Shown one piece after another: positions 37,636 through 46,993 of a DNA stretch of 64,000 bases (its first letter is position 1; each line of letters starts with the position of its first letter). This DNA comes from a virus (taxonomy: Duplodnaviria > Caudoviricetes), in the IMG/VR virus record IMGVR_UViG_2934965791_000001, positions 35,285 to 99,284 of that record. One strand, given 5' to 3'. The translations under genes and the position numbers were made by a program. Below the pieces are notes generated by a model that was not told where the DNA came from, ran no database searches, and saw only the letters and a program-made list of their open reading frames with translations.

Positions 37636-37980
37636 ATGCCCCGCGCCGTCGCCCCCGCCAAGACCCCCACCGTCGCCATCGCCCGCATCCTGCGCGGCCT
37701 GGGCCTCACCCAGGGGCGCGGCGGCAAGGACTTCTCCGTGACCGGCTTCTACGTCAACGGCGAGCGCCGGCATACCTACGTCGTCGCCTACAGCCGGCAC
37801 GCCGAAGAGGTCATCGCCGCGCACGCCGACGAGATCGAGGCTGCCGCCAACGCAGCCGGCTGGTGCTTCTACGTCTCGGTCCGCTACAGCGCGTCCGGCC
37901 GGGTCCACACCTCCGTGCAGAACGCCGGCGCCCGCGTCCGCGAGGCCCAGCCGGCCGTCCTGGCCGTGACCGCCGCCTGA
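37636..37980 (+). CDS. Hypothetical protein
   Basis: ATG at 37636 after GAAGGAG. Confidence 0.7.
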   Translation: MPRAVAPAKTPTVAIARILRGLGLTQGRGGKDFSVTGFYVNGERRHTYVVAYSRHAEEVIAAHADEIEAAANAAGWCFYVSVRYSASGRVHTSVQNAGARVREAQPAVLAVTAA

Positions 37981-38016
37981 CCGCCACACACGCCCCGCAC
38001 CCTGGAAGGCCCTGCC

Positions 38017-39255
38017 ATGTCCGACACCCCGATACCCGTCCTCGTCAGCTGGGGTCTCGGCGCCGACTCCACCGCGATCCTCACCCAGTTCCTCGACGAC
38101 CCCGCCGGGCACGGCCTCACCCCCGACCTGTCCGAGTGCACGGTCATCGTCGCCCTGACCGGCGAGGAGTGGCCCGACACCATGGACCTGGCCGAACGGC
38201 ACATCCTGCCGTTGCTCGCCCGCCGGCGCGTCCGCCTGGTCCAGGTCGCGCGCGGCGGCCCGTCCGACACTGACGGCATCGTCGTCCTGTCCGACACTCG
38301 CACCCCCGACCGGCTGCACCGGCGCGGCCCGTGGGCCCTCACCGACGAACTCGGACCCACCGGCACCGTGCCGCAGTTCGCGGCGAAGCGGCGGCTGTGC
38401 TCCATCAAATTCAAGGGCTGGGTGATGGACCAGTGGGCGGCCGCCGAGTACGGGGCGCAGGCGTACCGGCACGTGATCGGGTACGAGGCGAATGAGGCCG
38501 GCCGCGCCGAGCGCGACTACACGTACGCCTCCCCGACTCGCCGCCCCTGGTATCCCCTCATCGACTGGGACTGGGCTCGGCCGCGGATCCTGGACCACCT
38601 CCTGGAACGGTTCGGCGTGGTGTGGCCCAAGTCGTACTGCACCATGTGCCCGTACCCCGTGGCCCGGGCGTCCCTGAACGCGCACCTCGCCCGCTGTCGC
38701 ACCTTCCCCGAACTCGCCGCCGCCGTGCTCCGCCTGGAGTCCAACGCGGTCGCCCTGAACCCCCGGTCGACGCTGTACCGCGACGGCTCCCTCATGGGGC
38801 ACATCCGGGCCGACGGGAACACCGCCGCCCTCGACGCGTACGAGCGGGACCAGGCCGCGACCGATTGGGCCGCATACGAGGTCCGCCGGGTCTTCTTCGC
38901 CGGGCGCTCCGACCACTGCCGCACCGTGCACGGCACGTCGTGCAGGAGGCCGGGCCCGTGGTGCCGCGACCCGTTCCGGAAGGGGCCGGCCTGGCGCTCG
39001 GTGCGCACCGTGCACCGCGGCGACCGTGACGCCGTGCTGGCGCACCTGGAGGCGGAGGCCGCGGAGATGGACGCGCCGACGATCTCGGTAAACGGCATCA
39101 CGCGGGTCCCGTTCCATGAGCGGGGCGAGACCTACCCCGGCGCGGAGGGGTACCTCGTCGCCGCACCGGCCGGGGTCGTCGACAAGGCGCGCGACGGCTT
39201 CGATGCCATGTGGGACAAGGTCACCTCCTTCGGGGCGCTGGATCTGATCGCGTAA
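38017..39255 (+). CDS. PAPS-reductase-like (PP-loop) protein
   Basis: 'VSWGLGADST' PP-loop variant; 'ALTGEEWP', 'CSIKFK', 'YPLIDW', 'KSYCTMCP'. Confidence 0.75.
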   Translation: MSDTPIPVLVSWGLGADSTAILTQFLDDPAGHGLTPDLSECTVIVALTGEEWPDTMDLAERHILPLLARRRVRLVQVARGGPSDTDGIVVLSDTRTPDRLHRRGPWALTDELGPTGTVPQFAAKRRLCSIKFKGWVMDQWAAAEYGAQAYRHVIGYEANEAGRAERDYTYASPTRRPWYPLIDWDWARPRILDHLLERFGVVWPKSYCTMCPYPVARASLNAHLARCRTFPELAAAVLRLESNAVALNPRSTLYRDGSLMGHIRADGNTAALDAYERDQAATDWAAYEVRRVFFAGRSDHCRTVHGTSCRRPGPWCRDPFRKGPAWRSVRTVHRGDRDAVLAHLEAEAAEMDAPTISVNGITRVPFHERGETYPGAEGYLVAAPAGVVDKARDGFDAMWDKVTSFGALDLIA

Positions 39256-39287
39256 CTCGGCGGCGTGCTTTTCTCTGCCCACCAAGC

Positions 39288-39327
39288 TTGCGTGTAGCTA
39301 CACACCTAGGTCAAGCTGTAGCTACAC
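39288..39327 (+). promoter_or_regulatory. Twin-operator promoter P4
   Basis: TTGCGT...CAAGCT with two boxes. Confidence 0.85.
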
Positions 39328-39368
39328 GGAGCGGGACGGACCCGCCCCACCACCCCTCGGAGGCCACC

Positions 39369-39524
39369 ATGACGAACACCACCACCGCCGCCGCCCGCTT
39401 CGTCGCCCGCAAGGGCAACGGCCACTGGTACGTCCTCGACACCGAGACCGGCGCCGTCCGCACCGGCATGGTCCGGGTTGGCGCAATCCAGGTCGCCGAC
39501 CACCTCAACCGCACCACCCCCTGA
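39369..39524 (+). CDS. Small hypothetical protein
   Basis: ATG at 39369 after GGAGG; 51 aa. Confidence 0.65.
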   Translation: MTNTTTAAARFVARKGNGHWYVLDTETGAVRTGMVRVGAIQVADHLNRTTP

Positions 39525-39628
39525 CCGGGGGCGGTCGGCGGGCACTCGCCCGTCGGCCGCCACCTGGCCGCGCAGCCGCGCCCCGCGCCGACCAGCCGGG
39601 GCGCGGCTTTTTTCTCTCCGGACTGGGC

Positions 39629-39667
39629 TTGCGTGTAGCTACACGACGGGGCAAGCTGTAGCTACAC
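39629..39667 (+). promoter_or_regulatory. Twin-operator promoter P5
   Basis: TTGCGT...CAAGCT with two boxes; preceded by a U-tailed terminator hairpin. Confidence 0.85.
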
Positions 39668-39710
39668 GGAGCGGGACGGACCCGCCCCACCAACCTCCCC
39701 GGAGGCCACC

Positions 39711-40316
39711 ATGCAGAACACCACCACCGAGGCCCGCTGCTCCTCCTGCCTGATGCCGGCGGAGGTCACGGCCGAGGGCGTCGCGGCCGCCCACGACTAC
39801 CCGTACGCCGCGAGCAACTACGGCCAGTGCAAGGGATCCGGGAAGCCGGCCCTGGCCGGCCCGTCGACCCCGCCGGCCGTCTGGGGCGCCAACTTCGGGA
39901 CGTTCGTGGAGATCGGCGTCCTGCCGTCCCCGATGCCGCAGGTCCAGCGCAACGAGTGGACGGTCACCATCACCGGTGTCCGCTTCACCCACGCCGGCCG
40001 CTGCTGGAAGTGCCGCGAGTGCGTGTACGTCGCCACCGAGGGCGGCGTCATCCAGCTCGGGTTCGACCACAAGGGCAAGGGCTTCGAGAAGGAGCGCGCG
40101 GGCTCCGCACCGTCCTACGACGGCCCGTGCCCGAACGGGTCGTGTGACAACCGGGTCGTCTTCGGTGGCCAGAGCTGGGACAAGCCCAGCGCGATGCCCC
40201 TGTCCGAGGGTCGCACCGTGCAGTACCGCGAGTGGGAGCAGCTGCGCCGCGACCTCGGCGTGATCACCCCGGACATGACGCCGGCCGATCTGAAGCGGCT
40301 CCGCCGCACGCGCTGA
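39711..40316 (+). CDS. Cys-rich hypothetical protein
   Basis: GGAGG RBS; CSSC, CWKCREC. Confidence 0.7.
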   Translation: MQNTTTEARCSSCLMPAEVTAEGVAAAHDYPYAASNYGQCKGSGKPALAGPSTPPAVWGANFGTFVEIGVLPSPMPQVQRNEWTVTITGVRFTHAGRCWKCRECVYVATEGGVIQLGFDHKGKGFEKERAGSAPSYDGPCPNGSCDNRVVFGGQSWDKPSAMPLSEGRTVQYREWEQLRRDLGVITPDMTPADLKRLRRTR

Positions 40317-40327
40317 CCGCGCCCCAG

Positions 40328-40360
40328 GGGGCGCCGGCGACTCGACCACGCCGGCGCCCC
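40328..40360 (+). repeat. CTCGAC-loop hairpin
   Basis: ggggcgccggcg-actcgacca-cgccggcgcccc. Confidence 0.85.
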
Positions 40361-40371
40361 TTTCGCTCGCC

Positions 40372-40410
40372 TTGCATGTAGCTACACAGGCACTTAGTCT
40401 GTAGCTACAC
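40372..40410 (+). promoter_or_regulatory. Twin-operator promoter P6
   Basis: TTGCAT...TAGTCT with two boxes. Confidence 0.85.
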
Positions 40411-40448
40411 GCCAACGAACATCCCTGATCAGATAGGAACCACCCGCG

Positions 40449-41135
40449 ATGACCACCGCCACCGCCACCGAGACCCGGACCCGGATCACCGACGCGAAGA
40501 AGGCGCCGAAGGACCGGACCATGAAGAGGGTCTGGCTGCTGGAGAACCTGGTCTTCCACGCGCGCACCAGCACGGAGGAGCGCGCGGCCGCCGAGCGCAT
40601 GCTGGACCGCGCCATCAAGACGGCGAAGGAGGCCGGCCAGGTCTCCACGGCCGACGACGGCGCCGGCGTCTGGCACGGCTACCGGCTGCCCGAGGTCTGG
40701 CACGGCGCCCGGTACGAGGAGGTCAAGCACCTGTCGGTCGTCGAGATCGCGAAGCGGATCCGCGCGGACATCAAGCTCGCCCGCAAGGTCGACGACAAGC
40801 TCGCGGCCGGCGCGGCCGTCGCCATCGTCGACGGGCTCGCCCCGCTCGCCTCCATGCCCAAGGGGATGAAGGTCTCCGTCCGCGCCCGGCACGGCAACGC
40901 CATCGACGTGCGCATCTACAACCTGCCGGAGAAGGGTTGGGGGTACGTCGAGCAGGAGGACCCGTACCGCCCGAACGTGACGCGCTGGGTGCCCGGCGTC
41001 GAGCTGCGCGGGATCATCAGCGCCCTCGAAGACCTCCACCGTCAGTACAACTTCGACGGCTCCGACCCGATGGTCGACTACTTCCACGTCAACTACTACG
41101 GGCACGTCGAGGTGGACTACTACGAGCGCCCCTGA
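40449..41135 (+). CDS. Hypothetical protein, large-polyvalent-protein-domain-like (tentative)
   Basis: 'EIAKRIRADIK...KVSVR...YNFDGSDPMVDYFHVNYY'. Confidence 0.65.
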   Translation: MTTATATETRTRITDAKKAPKDRTMKRVWLLENLVFHARTSTEERAAAERMLDRAIKTAKEAGQVSTADDGAGVWHGYRLPEVWHGARYEEVKHLSVVEIAKRIRADIKLARKVDDKLAAGAAVAIVDGLAPLASMPKGMKVSVRARHGNAIDVRIYNLPEKGWGYVEQEDPYRPNVTRWVPGVELRGIISALEDLHRQYNFDGSDPMVDYFHVNYYGHVEVDYYERP

Positions 41136-41150
41136 CCGGCCCCGCCGGCC

Positions 41151-41187
41151 GCCGCGCCCCGGTCACTCGACCGGACCGGGGCGCGGC
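41151..41187 (+). repeat. CTCGAC-loop hairpin
   Basis: gccgcgccccggtc-actcgaccg-gaccggggcgcggc. Confidence 0.85.
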
Positions 41188-41263
41188 CCCCGCACCCCCC
41201 GTACACCGCCGGCCCCGCACGCCCGGGGCCGGCAACCCCCACCAACCCGCGAAAGGGCCCCAC

Positions 41264-41572
41264 ATGACCGAGCAGACCACCGCAGCGCCCGCCCCGGACG
41301 ACGCCGTCACCGCCGCACTCCCGCCCCTGCCGCCGCTCGCCGACGAGGGATACGGCTGGATGGAGTCGCTGACCGGTACCGGTTGGTACCCGCTGGTCGG
41401 GTTCCTGGGCCGCATGATCGGCGACTGGCCCCACGTGTGCGTCGCGTTCCACACGGACCGCGAGAACGGCCGCTACGGGCTCGCCGTGTACTCGGAGGGC
41501 ACGGTCACCGTGGATGGGTACGCCGACGAGGCCGACCGCACCAAGGCGGCCGAGGCGTACTGCGAGGACTGA
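41264..41572 (+). CDS. Hypothetical protein
   Basis: ATG at 41264 after GAAAGGG. Confidence 0.65.
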   Translation: MTEQTTAAPAPDDAVTAALPPLPPLADEGYGWMESLTGTGWYPLVGFLGRMIGDWPHVCVAFHTDRENGRYGLAVYSEGTVTVDGYADEADRTKAAEAYCED

Positions 41573-41646
41573 CCGCCAGCCGCCCGACCGCGCCCCGACA
41601 CCCCTCCATGTCGGGGCGCCCGTGCTTCTAGACAGGGAAAACACCC

Positions 41647-41686
41647 TTGCCTGTAGCTACACGCTGCACTTAGTCTGTAGCTACAC
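41647..41686 (+). promoter_or_regulatory. Twin-operator promoter P7
   Basis: TTGCCT...TAGTCT with two boxes. Confidence 0.85.
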
Positions 41687-41723
41687 GGGCGGAACGGCCG
41701 CCCCAACCTCCCCGGAGGTCCCC

Positions 41724-42272
41724 ATGTTCGGAGCGCACCAGGCAGAGCTCCAGATGGCCCACTGGCAGCGGGCGCTGCCCGCCGAGGTCACCGTCGAGGG
41801 CCGGGAGCGCCCGGTCACCCGCACGGCCCTGGTCGCCGTGATCCGCGCCGAGCTGCTGCCGTTCATCACCTACGGCCCCACCTACGCGCGCGCCGTCGCC
41901 GAGGAGCTGCACCGCGCCCTCGACATGTACATCAGGGGCCGCGGCGAGGAGTTCACGTACTGGCTCAACGAGGCCCTGCGCGCCGGCATCAAGGCCCGCC
42001 GCGTCGAACCGTTCTCCACGGACTTCGTGCACGTCACCGCGACGGCCTGGGGCATCTCCCACGCGACCGGAACGGACATCGAGGGCGCCCGCCTCAACGT
42101 CCACGGCTGCGACGAGACCGCCCCGAACGAGATGGGCGGCGTCGGCGTCGTCTACCGGCACCCGGTCTACGACGGCCTCACCTTCCACTCCGTCGACGAG
42201 TCCTCGGAGTTCGCGTACAACGCCGGCCTCCTCAAGCGGCACGCCCGCCGTTGGGCCACCACCCGCGCGTAA
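41724..42272 (+). CDS. Hypothetical protein
   Basis: ATG at 41724 after GGAGG. Confidence 0.7.
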   Translation: MFGAHQAELQMAHWQRALPAEVTVEGRERPVTRTALVAVIRAELLPFITYGPTYARAVAEELHRALDMYIRGRGEEFTYWLNEALRAGIKARRVEPFSTDFVHVTATAWGISHATGTDIEGARLNVHGCDETAPNEMGGVGVVYRHPVYDGLTFHSVDESSEFAYNAGLLKRHARRWATTRA

Positions 42273-42283
42273 CCCCGCCGGCC

Positions 42284-42320
42284 GCCGCGCCCCGGGTCCT
42301 CGACCTGCCCGGGGCGCGGC
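42284..42320 (+). repeat. CTCGAC-loop hairpin
   Basis: gccgcgccccggg-tcctcgacctg-cccggggcgcggc. Confidence 0.8.
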
Positions 42321-42357
42321 CCCCCGACCACACCCCACCCCGAGCAAGGAGCCCCAC

Positions 42358-43095
42358 ATGTTCACCGAGACCGTCACCGCGACCGACGGCACCACCGAGA
42401 CCGGCACCGCGACCGAGGCGCACGCCCTGGCCACGCTGCGCCGCGCCGTCGGGCGCCGCGGCGTCACCATCGAGGCGACCCGTACCGGCGGCGTCATCAT
42501 CGAACGGGAGATCTGGGACGGCGGCGTCATACCGAAGCGGCGCACGATCGTGTTTGAGCCGGCCGTGCCGGTCGGGAACATCACGGCGCGCATGCGGGAA
42601 GACCTGGACGCCATCGACGGCCGCGCGGGCGCCTACCTGGTCACCAAGGCCGAGCCGGAGTTCCGCGTGAACGTGGGCCGCATCGCCGCCGGCCTGTGGG
42701 GCGTTGCGCCGGGCGGGACGAAGCGGCTCATTGACCGGGGCCTGGTCGGCGTCGGCGCGGAGTACTCGGCGACGTCGAACGGGTTCCTCCCCGAGACGCG
42801 CGCCGCGGTGCGGGTGTCCCTCGCCGCTCGGCTGGCGATGTTCGCGGCCGGCCACCGGACGCGGACCTCGTCGCCGGCCGGCTACGTGCGGCCGGCGGAC
42901 ATCGGCATGGAGGGCGCGGTGGGGCTGAACAAGCCCGGGAAGCGCGCAGGCATGGTCTACGACCGGCGGAGCCCGTCAAGCTGCACGTGCCGCGGCTGGA
43001 CGTACCACGGGGTGGACGGCCCCGAGGACGCCCGCCGGCGCGCCCGGCAGCACCGGCAGGAGGTCACCGCGGCGTTCGTGCGGACGCTTCCGTAA
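42358..43095 (+). CDS. Hypothetical protein
   Basis: AAGGAG RBS; C-terminal 'CTCRGW...H' Zn-like motif. Confidence 0.7.
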   Translation: MFTETVTATDGTTETGTATEAHALATLRRAVGRRGVTIEATRTGGVIIEREIWDGGVIPKRRTIVFEPAVPVGNITARMREDLDAIDGRAGAYLVTKAEPEFRVNVGRIAAGLWGVAPGGTKRLIDRGLVGVGAEYSATSNGFLPETRAAVRVSLAARLAMFAAGHRTRTSSPAGYVRPADIGMEGAVGLNKPGKRAGMVYDRRSPSSCTCRGWTYHGVDGPEDARRRARQHRQEVTAAFVRTLP

Positions 43096-43101
43096 CCCGC
43101 C

Positions 43102-43140
43102 TTGCATGTAGCTACACACCACCTTAGAGTGTAGCTACAC
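43102..43140 (+). promoter_or_regulatory. Twin-operator promoter P8
   Basis: TTGCAT...TAGAGT with two boxes. Confidence 0.85.
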
Positions 43141-43176
43141 GGAGCGGACGGGCCGCCCCACGCGGAAGGACCCCCA

Positions 43177-43542
43177 ATGCACGCCACCATCGAGTTCCTG
43201 CCGGTCATCGTCACCGAGGTCCCCGTCGACGAGGACCACGCGCCGCTGCTCGTCGACCCCGCGGCCGCGCGCATCGTCCGCGCCGACCAGATCGCCGCCG
43301 GCGACACCATCCTCGCCTCGTTCCCCAGCTACGGGCAGCGCGGCATGCTGACCGCCGAGTACTTCAACGACCAGTACCAGGCGCACCCCATGACCTACGA
43401 CCGCACCCACGGCTGCGGCTCCTGCGCCACGATGGCCGACCACGACGGGCCGGTCGTCAACCTCGGCGACATGAACCCCTGGGACGTGTGCGACCCCTGG
43501 CCTGCCGGCGACCTCGCGCTGATCGTCCCCGCGGCCGCCTGA
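43177..43542 (+). CDS. Hypothetical protein
   Basis: GGAAGGA RBS; CGSC. Confidence 0.7.
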   Translation: MHATIEFLPVIVTEVPVDEDHAPLLVDPAAARIVRADQIAAGDTILASFPSYGQRGMLTAEYFNDQYQAHPMTYDRTHGCGSCATMADHDGPVVNLGDMNPWDVCDPWPAGDLALIVPAAA

Positions 43543-43551
43543 CACCCCCGC

Positions 43552-43582
43552 GGCGCCCGGCCACTCGACCTGGCCGGGCGCC
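43552..43582 (+). repeat. CTCGAC-loop hairpin
   Basis: ggcgcccggcc-actcgacct-ggccgggcgcc. Confidence 0.85.
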
Positions 43583-43584
43583 CC

Positions 43585-43623
43585 TTGCTTGTAGCTACAC
43601 CTCCACTTAGCGTGTAGCTACAC
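43585..43623 (+). promoter_or_regulatory. Twin-operator promoter P9
   Basis: TTGCTT...TAGCGT with two boxes. Confidence 0.85.
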
Positions 43624-43661
43624 GGACGGAGCGGCCGCCCGGCACACGATCGGAGAACCCC

Positions 43662-43883
43662 ATGGAAGCCCAGGCCACTACCAAGGTCACCACCCAGCGC
43701 GCCGGCCGCGGCCGCCTCGACGTCCTCGTCTCCGGCGTCCGCAAGGGCTACGTCGTCAGCTACCTCGGCGCACACCGCGCGTTCGACACGGACGGCCGGC
43801 TCATCGAGGACTACAACCGCGGCTTCCTCGGCTGGGGCTACGACCTCCGCCGCGAGGCCGTCGCCGCCGTCGCCGCCCACTGA
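43662..43883 (+). CDS. Small hypothetical protein
   Basis: GGAG RBS; 73 aa. Confidence 0.7.
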   Translation: MEAQATTKVTTQRAGRGRLDVLVSGVRKGYVVSYLGAHRAFDTDGRLIEDYNRGFLGWGYDLRREAVAAVAAH

Positions 43884-43894
43884 CCGCCCCGGCT

Positions 43895-43923
43895 GCGCCC
43901 GGCCACTCGACCGGGCCGGGCGC
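43895..43923 (+). repeat. CTCGAC-loop hairpin
   Basis: gcgcccggcc-actcgaccg-ggccgggcgc. Confidence 0.85.
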
Positions 43924-43967
43924 GCCCCCCTTGCCACAACCCTCCCGACACCAGGAGAGAACACGCA

Positions 43968-44888
43968 ATGCAGTACAGCGCCGACAGCACCATCCTGCCC
44001 ACGAACGCCCGCGACCTCCTCGAATGGGCGGCCGCGCACGTCGACGCCCGCGGCTTCCACGACGGCCGCGACGGCCGCCGGTTCGGCAGCAACGGCACGA
44101 CAACCCGGCACCTCACGCCCGGCATGCTCGGCGCCCTCGACGTTGCCGGCGGCGACGGCCGGCAGGCGTCCGCCCGTACGTACGACTACGACGCGCTGCA
44201 CGCCGCGCAGCGCCTGGCGCTCGACACCGTCGCCGACCTCGCGTCCGGCGGCGCCGTCGTCCACGACGACGACTGGGCCGACGAGTACCGGTACCGCCGC
44301 GCCACCGTGCACCTGTGGGGCATGGAGGACGGGCGTACGGGCGCCGAAGTGGCCGCGCTGTTCCGGGAGGCCGCCGGGCACGTCGAACGGGCCGCAGCGG
44401 CCGCCACACGGCCGGGACGGCCCCCGCTGCGCCTGCCCGTGCCGACCGTGGACGGCGTCCTCGCGTGGGCGGCCCTGCACATCGAGGACACCGGGCACCG
44501 CCCCGACCTCGCCACGCACGCCCCCGCCGGGTACGCGGACAGCGCCGCGTGCACGATGCTGCACGCCCTGGACCGGGCGCTCGTCGCGGCGAAGCCGTAC
44601 CCGAACTCGTCACGCGACTGGTGGGCGGCGTACGGGGAGGCCGGTCCCGAGGCGCTGCGCCTCATCGCCGATCACGTCGCCGGCCGCCCGGTCGTCGACA
44701 ACGGCGACGCCTGGGAGACGAAGAAGCGCCGGCGCTCGTTCGTCCTCGACTGGGGAAACCAGCCGGGGCGCAGCACGGCGGACGTCGCCGCGGCGTTCCG
44801 TGCGGCCGCACAGGTCGCGATCGTCGACGACGCGCTCGCCGGCGCGCTCGAGGTGCCGGCGGAGCCGGGGCAGGCGGCGTTCTTCTGA
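43968..44888 (+). CDS. Internally duplicated protein (DUF6197-like, tentative)
   Basis: Two related halves: 'LLEWAAAHVD...GRTGAEVAALFREAA' and 'VLAWAALHIE...GRSTADVAAAFRAAA'. Confidence 0.7.
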   Translation: MQYSADSTILPTNARDLLEWAAAHVDARGFHDGRDGRRFGSNGTTTRHLTPGMLGALDVAGGDGRQASARTYDYDALHAAQRLALDTVADLASGGAVVHDDDWADEYRYRRATVHLWGMEDGRTGAEVAALFREAAGHVERAAAAATRPGRPPLRLPVPTVDGVLAWAALHIEDTGHRPDLATHAPAGYADSAACTMLHALDRALVAAKPYPNSSRDWWAAYGEAGPEALRLIADHVAGRPVVDNGDAWETKKRRRSFVLDWGNQPGRSTADVAAAFRAAAQVAIVDDALAGALEVPAEPGQAAFF

Positions 44889-44895
44889 TCGAGCC

Positions 44896-44935
44896 TTGCG
44901 TGTAGCTACATGACACACTTAGTCTGTAGCTACAC
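44896..44935 (+). promoter_or_regulatory. Twin-operator promoter P10
   Basis: TTGCGT...TAGTCT with two boxes. Confidence 0.85.
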
Positions 44936-44973
44936 GCCAGGGAACACCCCAGGTCAGACGGAAGGAACCCCCG

Positions 44974-45327
44974 ATGGACACCGTCACCAACACCGTCTTC
45001 ATCTCCCCCGCGCTCGTCCGCGCCGCCCGCGAGGCCGCCGCCCTGGACCAGCGCATCGGCGGCGAGGGCTTCGCCTCCCTCACCATCAAGGTCGGCCTCT
45101 ACGGCAAGGGCTGGTCCCTCGACGACAACGCCGACGCGATCCTCCGCCGCGCCGACGGCAGCGTCCTCTACTGCTCCCCGTTCCGCCCGGCCGCCGAGCG
45201 CATGCCGGCCAGCATCAAGGCCATGGCCGAGCGCCGCTACGCCGCCGCCCAGGAGCTGCGCCGCCTCGTCGCCGGACTCCCCTTCACCGGCGAGGGCCTG
45301 CGCATCCCGCTGCACGCCGCGCACTGA
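44974..45327 (+). CDS. Hypothetical protein
   Basis: GAAGGA RBS. Confidence 0.7.
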   Translation: MDTVTNTVFISPALVRAAREAAALDQRIGGEGFASLTIKVGLYGKGWSLDDNADAILRRADGSVLYCSPFRPAAERMPASIKAMAERRYAAAQELRRLVAGLPFTGEGLRIPLHAAH

Positions 45328-45339
45328 CCGCAACACCAC

Positions 45340-45376
45340 GGGCCGCCCCCGCTCCTCGACCTGGCGGGGGCGGCCC
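45340..45376 (+). repeat. CTCGAC-loop hairpin
   Basis: gggccgcccccgc-tcctcgacctg-gcgggggcggccc. Confidence 0.8.
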
Positions 45377-45416
45377 CCTGCATCCCGTACACCGCACCAC
45401 AGAAAGGCACCACACC

Positions 45417-46601
45417 ATGACCGACACCACGACCACGACGGCCGACGCCCCCAACTGCCGGCAGCACGGCCCGATGACCCCGGGCACCGAGGCCGCGCCC
45501 ACCTGGCACTGCCCGGACCCCGTGTGCCACAACACGGTCCTGCGGCCGGCGGACGGCGTCACCGGGCGCGGCACCATCGAGATCACGCACACCCGCGCCG
45601 ACGGCACCCTCCTGGAGGGCTCCAGCAAGGGTGACGGGGTCTGGGAACTGGTCCGCCCGTACCGGTTCACCTGGGGCCGGTCCCTGCCCGGCGTGCTGTT
45701 CGTCCGCCAGTCCCGCGACAAGGCCGCCGACCGGTGGAGCATCGGCCGGGCGTCGGAGGCCCTGCGCGGCGCCGGGTGGGAGGTCGTCGTCGACATCGAC
45801 GAGGGCACCCGCCGCTCGTTCGCCGACGCCGAGGCCAACCGGGTCGGGCGCGCCAAGGAGCGCACGGAGCGCTTCACCGAGTACGCCGGCAACGCGGCCG
45901 GCCGGGCCGCCGCGCGCCGGGCGACGGCCGACAACATCTCGCGCCGGTTCGAGATGGGGCAGCCGATCCTCCTGGGCCACCACTCGCAGCGGAAGGCAGA
46001 GCGGGACGCCGAACGCATAGACACGAACATGCGCGCGAGCTTCCGGGAGTCGGACAAGGCCGCGCACTACGCGCACCGGGCGGAGGCGTCCGGGTCGTAT
46101 GAGGAGTTCCGGAACAACGCCCCGCGGACGCTGCGCCGGCTGGAGAAGCTGCGGGCCGACCTCCGGGGTATCGAGCGGTGGCAGGCCGGCGAGTCGAACA
46201 ACGGCTACACCCGGGCGCTGACGCCGGCCACGGTCGCCGAGCTCGGGATCCGGCACGAGGAGCTGACCGAGGAGATCGGCTACTGGGAGCACGTCATCGC
46301 CGAGGCCGAGAAGAACGGCTTCAAGGTGTGGGGGCCGGCCGACTTCAAGAAGGGCGACTTCGCGCGCATGCGCGGGCACTGGTACGAGGTGCTGCGCGTG
46401 AACAAGAAGACGCTGACCGTGCCGGGCGGCCCGGACATTCAGAAGGTGATCTCGCTGGAGACGCACGCGTACCCGGGGATGCGCGGAACGCGCCCGTACG
46501 ACGAGGTCTCGGGGCACATGACGGCGGAGAAGATGGCCGCGGTGCTGGTGGAGGCCCGGAGGATCCGGGCGGAGCGGGAGGCCGCGGCAGCGTCGTCGTG
46601 A
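45417..46601 (+). CDS. DUF3560-domain protein
   Basis: 'GQPILLGHHSQRKAERD', 'RRLEKLRADLR', 'WYEVLRVNKKTLTV'. Confidence 0.8.
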   Translation: MTDTTTTTADAPNCRQHGPMTPGTEAAPTWHCPDPVCHNTVLRPADGVTGRGTIEITHTRADGTLLEGSSKGDGVWELVRPYRFTWGRSLPGVLFVRQSRDKAADRWSIGRASEALRGAGWEVVVDIDEGTRRSFADAEANRVGRAKERTERFTEYAGNAAGRAAARRATADNISRRFEMGQPILLGHHSQRKAERDAERIDTNMRASFRESDKAAHYAHRAEASGSYEEFRNNAPRTLRRLEKLRADLRGIERWQAGESNNGYTRALTPATVAELGIRHEELTEEIGYWEHVIAEAEKNGFKVWGPADFKKGDFARMRGHWYEVLRVNKKTLTVPGGPDIQKVISLETHAYPGMRGTRPYDEVSGHMTAEKMAAVLVEARRIRAEREAAAASS

Positions 46602-46643
46602 CGTCCGGCCGGCGGCGGGTTCGTGCCCGTCGCCGGCACCCGC

Positions 46644-46681
46644 TTGCGTGTAGCTACACACCCCCTTAGTCTGTAGCTACA
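46644..46681 (+). promoter_or_regulatory. Twin-operator promoter P11
   Basis: TTGCGT...TAGTCT with two boxes. Confidence 0.85.
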
Positions 46682-46717
46682 TGGGCGGACGGAGCGCCCC
46701 GACGGACGGAGCCGGAC

Positions 46718-46885
46718 ATGACGCAGTACACCGCAGGCCAGGAGGTCACCGACCTCGTCACCGGCAGCACGGGCATCGTCAACGCCGACAACGGCGGCGA
46801 CACGGTGAACGTGAGCTGGGAGCCCAACGAGCACGGCGGATACATCGACGACCACGCCCGGAACCTGCTGGAGCCCAAGGGCTGA
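46718..46885 (+). CDS. Small hypothetical protein (SH3-like, tentative)
   Basis: 55 aa MTQYTAGQEVTDLVTGSTGIV...; GGAG RBS; below the ORF-track cutoff. Confidence 0.6.
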   Translation: MTQYTAGQEVTDLVTGSTGIVNADNGGDTVNVSWEPNEHGGYIDDHARNLLEPKG

Positions 46886-46993
46886 ACGACCACCCGACGA
46901 CCCCCGACGCGATCCGGCGCCGGGGGTCGTCGCCGTATGTCGGTGCGACCAGCCGGGGCGCGGCCGGCGTCCAGATTCCTTCCCGGACTGGGC

